Origin: Dehalococcoidia bacterium
GTDB taxonomy: Bacteria; Chloroflexota; Dehalococcoidia; Lucifugimonadales; UBA2962
NCBI GenBank assembly: GCA_965207145.1
Contig: OZ242262.1
Span: 2,411,947-2,475,946 of the forward strand
Length of the DNA: 64,000 nt
Reading direction: 5' to 3'
Shown here: piece after piece, positions 57,306-64,000 of the stretch
Position numbering within the stretch: the first letter of the stretch is position 1
How the letters are laid out: each line of letters opens with the position of its first letter
Program-made: the position numbers and the translations under genes
Notes under the pieces: model-generated
What the model was told of the DNA's origin: nothing
The model's database searches: none
Seen by the model: only the letters and a program-made list of their open reading frames with translations

Positions 57306-57759
57306 ATTCGGCCTCCCTGTCCGGCGTTGCTCGACCGCACGGCGAAATCATAGGCGGAGCGTCAGCTTGTTGCGAGTACTAGGAGGCTGGCATAGACCGA
57401 TCGGTCAGCGTCGAAGCGTGTCGACCTCGCGGGCCCGCCGGTCCGACCGGACCAAACGCTCCCTACAGGATTAGGCTTGGTCCTATTGCCACGAACCAGA
57501 CAGCTTTATACATCAAATCATTTGAGAAAGGCACCGATTGATACGCTACTCATAGAGACGGTCTGGTATCGTTTTCGCCCGCCTCGTGCGCTTCTCCGAC
57601 GCGAGGCCCAGTTTCCGGCCGTTGCCGAATCCGAACGGACCTATGGGCGTTACGGCTTCACCGGCGGGAGCAACAATACTAACCCGGCGGCGATAAGGAT
57701 TCTGAACCGGTGAGACCAGCCCCGGTTCCTGGGATCGATGTGCCGGCAGGAAAGCGAAA

Positions 57760-58524
57760 ATGGACCAGGCCCCGCCGTCGACCCGCGCCCGCCCTAGCGT
57801 CCTCGGAGACGAAGACACACGGCCATCCATCCTGGCAATCGACGACGACCCGGAGGCGGCTGAGCGCCTCCGCAGCGCGCTCACCCAGGCCGGCTACCGC
57901 CCGCTGGTAACCGGGGACCCGGGTGATGTCTTTCGGCTTCTCAAGGAGCACAGGCCGCGACTGGTCTTCCTGGAGCTGGTTCTTCCCGGCGGCGACGGTA
58001 TCGAGATGATGCAGGACATCATGGCCAACGCCGCCGTTCCGGTGATCATCCTTTCGGCCCATGGACACGATGAGGTCATCGCAAGGGCGCTTGACATGGG
58101 GGCGGCGGACTACGTGGCAAAGCCCTTTTCTCCCGCCGAGCTCTCGGCAAGAATCAGGGCGGCCCTCAGGCGCGGGTCCGCCGGCAGCCTGGGGGACACC
58201 TCAGGAACCTACGTTTTCGGCGATTTGGCCATCGACTACGGCAGGCGGACGGTGACCGTCGCAGGAGGCTCCGTTAGGCTCACCTCAACCGAGTACCGGA
58301 TGCTCACCGAGCTATCTCTGAGCGCCGGCCGGGTGATGACCCACGGTCAGCTGCTGCGACGAGTCTGGAGCCTGAGCAAGCCCGCCGGCTCGGGGCCGGT
58401 GCGCACAATCGTAAAGAGGCTGCGCCGCAAGCTCGGCGACGATGCGTCGGATCCCAAGCTCCTGTTCACCGTGCCCGGGGTAGGCTACCGGATGGCCCCC
58501 CCAGACGCCGGAGCGGGCATCTAG
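57760..58524 (+). CDS. OmpR-family response regulator, orphan, with Glu in place of the phospho-acceptor Asp
   Basis: REC (ILAIDDDPE, VIILSAHG, YVAKPF) + wHTH (TSTEYRMLTELS...VPGVGYRM). The acceptor position reads LVFLELVLPGGDG (GAG at 57973-57975), where the hybrid paralogues have LMDLML and LLDLML. Confidence 0.88.
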   Translation: MDQAPPSTRARPSVLGDEDTRPSILAIDDDPEAAERLRSALTQAGYRPLVTGDPGDVFRLLKEHRPRLVFLELVLPGGDGIEMMQDIMANAAVPVIILSAHGHDEVIARALDMGAADYVAKPFSPAELSARIRAALRRGSAGSLGDTSGTYVFGDLAIDYGRRTVTVAGGSVRLTSTEYRMLTELSLSAGRVMTHGQLLRRVWSLSKPAGSGPVRTIVKRLRRKLGDDASDPKLLFTVPGVGYRMAPPDAGAGI

Positions 58525-58754
58525 CGGACGGCTCTGTCCGGGGTGCCCATCAGCCCAGCCGCACACCCTCTACCTCAGCCTCGAGCTTAGTGGCGGCATC
58601 CACCTCGTGCCTGAGATTCCTGGTGTCGTAGCGGACCGTTTGCCTGCTGATTGCCAGGTAGTCGGTCGGCGGGCCCTCCATGTCCGGGTATGACCTGAGG
58701 CACCTGTCCGCCCGTCGGGCGCGGCTGCGGCCACTATATTGGGCCGAGGCCCCT

Positions 58755-60011
58755 TCATGGCGCGTCGGGAGCCGACGCGCTGAACTCCTCTCCCACGGCC
58801 CAAAGGGCACCCGAACAAGCCGGCGATATCTCCGCCAGCCCCCCATGCTCCATGGCCCGCTGATAGGAGAGACTAAAGGCGCTGAAGATGACCTCGTCTC
58901 CGATGCGTGCGACGACGCGCCCTGTTGCGTCGAGTATGTCAATCTCCCCGTCCTCCACGCTCAGAGAAAAAGTACTCGGCCAGATGAGGAGAGGAGAAAC
59001 CGGCCCATAGGTGCGGTCCCTGAGGCGAAGGGGAGAATCGACGATCAGACATTTCCCGTCCAGTACCAACTCTCCTGCATAGCGCTCTGTCTCCCGGTCC
59101 GCCGTCAGGGTCCCATCCTGCCTGGGGAAGTAGACCTCGACATCCGGCAAGACCTTGATTTGGTTGGCAATAAACACTTCTCCTGAACAGGCGCCGTCAT
59201 CAAGGGTGCGGTATCCTCCGCCCGCGGCTATTTCATCCCCAACCGTAGCTATGACTCGACCAGCCCCGTTGCGGACCTGGACCACCCCGCGGTCGACATC
59301 AGGTGTGAACCCGGCGGGCCAGATTATCGTGGTGGAACTGTCTCCCAGGCGAAGGCACGGCCCGTCAAGGACCAGCTCTCCTAGGCCCAACGCTTGCATG
59401 AGGGCCGGGAACCCCATTACGGTCCTCTCCCTTAGGAGCAGGACATCCGGGTCTGACAACCGAAGCTCGGTCGCTTCGCTATTTGGATCGAAGGCGGTAA
59501 CCTCGTCACCCACTAGGAGATAGGGCCCCGCGCAGTCATCGGACAACCCCTCTACCAACCCCTGATCCATGGCCTGCTGATAGGTCACGGCAGACCGGCT
59601 GAGCCGGACATGGTCTCCGACCTGCGCGGCTACCCGGCCAAGCCCGTCGACTATCCGAACCGTCCCGGAGTCCGCTTCGATGGTGAACGCCCCGGGCCAG
59701 ATGAGCAAGAAGGATGACCGGGGGTTGGCAGCGTCGTAAGAGGGCGCTTCAGCGCGCAGGCAGCCTTCACTGAGGACAAGCTGCCCCGCGAAGTATTCTC
59801 CTCCCCTGTCGGTTCCCAGCGGTGCGTCATGGCGCGGGAAATCCACAGGAGCGGCCTGGTCGTCCGTCGCCTGGGGCGTGGACATTTCTAGACCTGTCGC
59901 CGGAACCCTATGGTCTTCAAGGTCATCGTCGCCGTCGTTGCCGCAGGCCGCACAGGAAGCAAGCAACAGCAGGGCGACCAGAGCGGCAGCGGACGCTGGC
60001 TTAGGCTTCAC
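58755..60011 (-). CDS. lipoprotein built from three tandem ~80-100-aa repeats, unknown function
   Basis: Signal plus lipobox LLLASCAAC. The repeats start at aa 75, 209 and 312 and share G(E/Q)LVL..xCL...(L/I)IWP..F......G.(V/I).(V/I)......GRV.A.(V/I)GD.(V/I)...C.G. Confidence 0.7.
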   Translation of the reverse strand: MKPKPASAAALVALLLLASCAACGNDGDDDLEDHRVPATGLEMSTPQATDDQAAPVDFPRHDAPLGTDRGGEYFAGQLVLSEGCLRAEAPSYDAANPRSSFLLIWPGAFTIEADSGTVRIVDGLGRVAAQVGDHVRLSRSAVTYQQAMDQGLVEGLSDDCAGPYLLVGDEVTAFDPNSEATELRLSDPDVLLLRERTVMGFPALMQALGLGELVLDGPCLRLGDSSTTIIWPAGFTPDVDRGVVQVRNGAGRVIATVGDEIAAGGGYRTLDDGACSGEVFIANQIKVLPDVEVYFPRQDGTLTADRETERYAGELVLDGKCLIVDSPLRLRDRTYGPVSPLLIWPSTFSLSVEDGEIDILDATGRVVARIGDEVIFSAFSLSYQRAMEHGGLAEISPACSGALWAVGEEFSASAPDAP

Positions 60012-60194
60012 CTCCGTTTTCCTCGCTGCATCCGGCGGAACCAGGTGTCATCCCTCCATATCGAAAAGACGCCAGACTGCGCCGCAAAGTTCCCTGTCGG
60101 AGCCCGTAACGGAGAACAGCCGCGAGGCGCGTCGGTGTCAGATGTCGGACAGCGAGCTATGGACCACCGCCGGGTCTTCCCAGCCCTGTTCGCA

Positions 60195-60953
60195 TCACTC
60201 GAAAGTAGACGCGTCCTGCCCCACCCACCTGACGATAATGGCATTCAGGGTGCCATCATCCTTCATCGACGCCAGGGCCTCATCGAGCCTTCCCTTCAGT
60301 TCACTGCCCATGCGGACGCCAATGCCGAGGCCGCGGTCCAGCAGCACGGACGGCCCCACGATCTCCAGCTCACCCTCGTGTTCGGCGAGCTTCTTTACGC
60401 CATACCCGTGGTCCACCAGGATGACATCCACCTTGCCGCTGAGCACCGCTTCGACCGGATCCGTCGAGTCGTCAAAGGCCACATACGCCCGGCCCTGTTC
60501 CGTCAGGTAGTCCGAATATATGTTGTTCGCCCCCGATCCGATCGTGCCCTGGACGGCCCCGTCGCCCGCTCCAGCTCTTGCCACGTACACCGAGGGGGTT
60601 GGCGGGTAGTACGCTTCTGTGAAGTCGATCATGTCCTCCCGCTTGGCGGTGATGCTCATGCCGGCGAGAATCGCGTCGAATTTTTCCGCCACCAGGTCGG
60701 GAATCATGGCCTCCCAATCGTTCAGTACCCACTCACACTCAAGATCGGCGCGCCGGCACAGCTCGTCTCCCAGTTCGCGCTCCAGGCCATCAATCTCGCC
60801 TTCATCGTTGACAAAGACGAATGGATGGTAATTGTCCACGGTGGCTATCACCACCGTGTCTGATCCTCGACATGCGGCCAGTAACGGCAGGAGTGCCGCC
60901 GCCAGGGTTACCGCAACAATCGCCCAAAAGAACCTGCATTTAGAAGTCATCAA
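60195..60953 (-). CDS. amino-acid ABC transporter substrate-binding lipoprotein (SBP family 3)
   Basis: Lipobox LLAAC. YHPFVFVNDEGEIDGLERELGDELC..., WEAMIPDLVAEKFDAILAGMSIT.KR...DFT..YY. Confidence 0.85.
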   Translation of the reverse strand: MMTSKCRFFWAIVAVTLAAALLPLLAACRGSDTVVIATVDNYHPFVFVNDEGEIDGLERELGDELCRRADLECEWVLNDWEAMIPDLVAEKFDAILAGMSITAKREDMIDFTEAYYPPTPSVYVARAGAGDGAVQGTIGSGANNIYSDYLTEQGRAYVAFDDSTDPVEAVLSGKVDVILVDHGYGVKKLAEHEGELEIVGPSVLLDRGLGIGVRMGSELKGRLDEALASMKDDGTLNAIIVRWVGQDASTFE

Positions 60954-61238
60954 TGTCGTTACCTCTAGTATTCCACTGGAGTCTCAGCCTGGCCGACCGG
61001 CAGGAGAATGTGGCGGAACTCAGATGGACGTTACGCCTGCCAACGTTGCGCAGCTCCAGGGATGCCACTGAGGGACCGAGGCTCGGCCCCTAACGGGTAA
61101 AACGCCCATTTGACTGGCGACGCCGGTTCGACCCGTTCGTACGTATGGCAAGGCCAGTGCGTGCACTTGATCCTCGGGACAGGCAGCGAATCTGCCTCGG
61201 GCCGGTTGCCGGTCGCCATTGGAATCGGCAGGCCACGT

Positions 61239-62324
61239 TCAGCGCATTGGAGGAGCGTAGATCAACCCACCGTCCAGGTAAGATGCGTTGAGGGAGCCTG
61301 CTCGCGCAAGGCCCACTCGCTCAAGCGTCCGTTCGTAGACTTCTCCGTAGTTGCCCACCTGCCGGATCACGTCCTGCATAAACGTACCCGGTATCTTGCC
61401 GTGGCCTATCCCGAGGTTGCTCGGGGCGCCGCCATCGAAACCGACTCCCAGCAGCCGCGCAACCGTGTTGTTCGGCGGATCCGCCGCCATCAGCCTGACG
61501 TTCTCACGCGTAACGCCCTGCTCTTCGGCGATGATCATGCCGTTTACGACCCAGCGGACCAAGTCCTCCCACACCGAGTCGTTGTCCCTCACGCTGGGTC
61601 CGATCGGCTCCTTGGACAGAGTTTCCGGCAAAACGACGGCGTCGATGGCATCGTCCGTCTTCAAAGCGAACTGGTGGCTGCCCAGCTGGGACTTGTCCGA
61701 GGACCAAGCGTCGCACTGATCGCTTATGAAGGCCGCGCGAAGCTCGGGATTGGCCTGGAAGGTCAACTCCTCGTACGTAATCCCCTTCTCGGAGAAGTAA
61801 TCGGAGACGGCTCCCTGGGTGCTGGTGCCGTCAACGATGCAGATGGTGGCACCACCGAGCTGGCTGGCGCTGGTTATGCCAGAGTCCGCCCTTACCATGA
61901 TGGCGGCACCGTCATAGAAGGTCGTGGTGACGAAGGCCATATTCAGGTCGGCGTCGCGACTGGCCGTCCAGCTGGTCGTGCGTATGAGCGCGTCGATCTC
62001 GCTTGCGGCGAGCAGTTCGAAGCGGTTGGCCGCCGTTGCGGCCTTGAACTCGACCTTGGTCGAATCCCCAAAGACGGCCGCAGCGAGGGCATAACAGTAC
62101 TCCACGTCGTTGCCCTCCGCGGTTCCGTCCGGCTTCAGCACCCCGAACCCGGGCGTGTCGGCCTTGATGCCGCATACCAGGTAACCTCGATCGAGAACCT
62201 GGTCCAGCGTGCTCGCTCCGCGAGCGTCCGCATCATCTCCGCAGGCAACCATCGTCAGAAGCGCGGCGCAAAGCAACGCTGCGGCAACCAGAATCTCAAT
62301 CCGCCAGCCGCTGAGCAGATTCAT
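61239..62324 (-). CDS. amino-acid ABC transporter substrate-binding lipoprotein (AapJ/general L-amino-acid type)
   Basis: Lipobox TMVAC. RGYLVCGIKADTPGFG..., FELLAASEIDALIRTTSWTASRD, GATICIVDGTS. Confidence 0.85.
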   Translation of the reverse strand: MNLLSGWRIEILVAAALLCAALLTMVACGDDADARGASTLDQVLDRGYLVCGIKADTPGFGVLKPDGTAEGNDVEYCYALAAAVFGDSTKVEFKAATAANRFELLAASEIDALIRTTSWTASRDADLNMAFVTTTFYDGAAIMVRADSGITSASQLGGATICIVDGTSTQGAVSDYFSEKGITYEELTFQANPELRAAFISDQCDAWSSDKSQLGSHQFALKTDDAIDAVVLPETLSKEPIGPSVRDNDSVWEDLVRWVVNGMIIAEEQGVTRENVRLMAADPPNNTVARLLGVGFDGGAPSNLGIGHGKIPGTFMQDVIRQVGNYGEVYERTLERVGLARAGSLNASYLDGGLIYAPPMR

Positions 62325-62376
62325 GCCGATCTGATCCGCATCCCGGCGCTCATTGCGTCTCGATGCCGGTGCTTCA

Positions 62377-64000
62377 CTAAGCTCCCGGCCGGACTCGGGT
62401 TGCCCCGGATTGCTGCAGATGTCCTTCGATCTTCGCCATGCGGTACCCCACGCGCGGTTCGGTCAAGATGTAGGAAGGGTCGTTCGCATCGTCGCCAAGC
62501 TTACGGCGAAGCCTCTTGACCACGTCCCGAAGCAGCCACGGTTCTCCAGTTCTGTGTGGTCCCCAGACCAGCTGCAGCAGGTGGTCATGGGTCATGACGC
62601 GGCCGAGGTTCACCGAGAGCTCGTACAGCACGGCGTACTCGGTCGCAGTCAACTGCACGGGATGTCCGGAGACGGTCACACTCCGCTCCGCGTAGTCAAT
62701 ATGCAGGTCTCCCGCCGAAAGGGGGTGTGAAGGTTCGACCATATGAGGCGCTGCACGCCTGCGGAGAGCCGCCCTGATCCTGGCAGCCAGCTCAGTCGGT
62801 GAGAAGGGCTTTACGACGTAGTCGGCAGCGCCCATGTCGAAGGCCCTGGCAACGACCTCCTCCTGGCCGTACACGGATACGAAGATGACCGGCACATCGG
62901 CCGACCTCAGGATGTCCTTCATGAGCTCGATGCCGTCGGTACCCGGGAGCATCAAGTCAAGTAGTACAAGGTGCGGCCTTTCCTCGTCCATGAGCCGGGG
63001 CACCTCCTCAGGATCCCCGGTCACGATCGGCGCGTAGCCTTCCTTCGACAGGGCGCTGCGGACGTACCTGAGCGCCTGCGGATCGTCATCCACAGCGAGC
63101 ACGCGCACCCGGTCCCTCACCGAGCTTCGCTGCCGTGCGGCAGCTGCGGGGGACTTCGCCATTTCGACGACGCCTTCCCCTTCGACCACCGGGATCGTGA
63201 AGGTGAATCGGGCCCCCAGTCCGGGTCCTTCGCTCTGCGCCCAGATTCGGCCTCCGTGCGCCTCCACTATCCCCTTGCAGATCGCAAGTCCGAGGCCCGA
63301 TCCGGCAGTGCCGCTTCTGCGTTCCACCTCATCTAGCCTCGAGAACTTTCTGAACAGGTGGGGCAGATGATCGGACGAAAGGCCTCTTCCCTCGTCGGTC
63401 ACCTAGACGGAAACATGGACGTCGCCGCGCTCTGCGGCGATCCGGATGGGTGATCCTTCAGGCGAGTACCTCGCAGCATTGGAAAGAAGGTTGGTCAGCA
63501 CCTGGACGACGCGCCGCCGGTCGGCCATAACCGGGGGAAGCTCGGGAGGAAGGTTTACCTGCAGGTTCTCACGGCCCCCCGCGCCAAGGAAACGGCGCCT
63601 GGCCTCGTCCACCATGTCGGCAAGACCGGCGGGGCCTGGATTGACCGATAACGCGCCGGTCTCTATCCGCGCCACGTCCAGGAGATCTCCGATCAGGTGC
63701 CTCATCTGGTCTGACTGGTCGCGGATTATCCGGAAGAACTGGGTCATCTCCGCGGGGTCCAGCTCGGGTGCGGCCTCAAGGAGGGTGTCGGCCGAACCCT
63801 TAATGGACGATAGCGGAGTCCTCAGTTCGTGGCTGACCATGCCCAGGAACTCGGCACGCATACGCTCAAGCTCCTCCATCGGCGTCATGTCCTGCATGGT
63901 CATGACGAACGACTCGAGCTCGCCTTCCTCGGAGTGGATTGGCGTGGCGTTGATGAGCGCGCTGACGCTCCGGCCGTCGGGCACGCGCATGACGATCTCC
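62377..64000 (-). pseudogene. second GAF?-PAS-HisKA-HATPase-REC-wHTH fusion gene, interrupted by an in-frame TAG (5' end outside the window)
   Basis: ORFs 63403..63990 and 62377..63402 are contiguous in one frame and separated only by the TAG at 63405..63403: ...ERGDVHVSV*VTDEGRGLSSDHLPHLFRKF... This aligns with ...GAHVAISVSDRGQGIPAEALPNLFRKF... of the 23970 paralogue, where the stop falls on a Ser. The frame continues open past 64000. Confidence 0.6.

Noticed and set aside
57590-57713. The translation ...AVAESERTYGRYGFTGGSNNTNPA upstream of the orphan regulator vaguely resembles the ...RAESEGPGQGACFTFTIPATEPA end of the hybrid kinases' HATPase domain. That would suggest the orphan regulator arose by deletion of the kinase half.
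   Set aside because: Only ESE...FT with matching spacing is shared. The segment is in a different frame from the regulator, and no further kinase motifs are found upstream. The evidence is too weak to claim.

Overview
This is a gene-dense, high-GC bacterial chromosomal segment with about 60 protein-coding genes and one tRNA-Gly(UCC). I saw no rRNA and no CRISPR array. Most of it is housekeeping or catabolic: a partial Kef-type antiporter, SDRs, rpiB, mgtE, a THF-dependent demethylation cluster (DmdA/GcvT-like, DMGDH-like, MetE-like), alaS-ruvX-aroE-aroK/aroB-tgt, alaX, lhgO, a Zn-ADH, a PQQ sugar dehydrogenase, tartrate dehydrogenase, acoABC, a P450 and two solute-binding proteins. Marker genes (acVLRF1, a CysO-like sulfur carrier, a DinB/MDMPI-type protein) suggest an Actinomycetota- or Chloroflexota-like organism, but this is inference only. 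Six things deserve a second look. (1) A co-directional, visibly lower-GC block at about 18.1-23.3 kb carries a GIY-YIG mini-protein with RGG tails, a decayed DUF1330 gene, a PD-(D/E)xK-like protein and a translationally coupled array of tiny membrane ORFs behind an acidic protein. (2) Two paralogous single-polypeptide two-component systems (GAF-PAS-HisKA-HATPase-REC-OmpR wHTH) are present, one interrupted by an in-frame TAG, together with an orphan paralogous regulator whose phospho-acceptor Asp is Glu. (3) A thrC-like/NIL/CysO-like operon looks like a protein-thiocarboxylate sulfur-transfer module. (4) There is an acVLRF1 (Vms1-like) peptidyl-tRNA hydrolase homologue. (5) In three genes the conserved N-terminus lies upstream of any ATG/GTG/TTG, and two of these (plus the hybrid kinase gene, where a TTG start also exists) have a Shine-Dalgarno sequence followed by ATA/ATC. 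(6) Several unusually long ORF-free stretches include a structured ~490-nt region upstream of alaS. All calls come from reading the supplied translations and the sequence by eye. No database or HMM search was possible, so family names are recollection-based.
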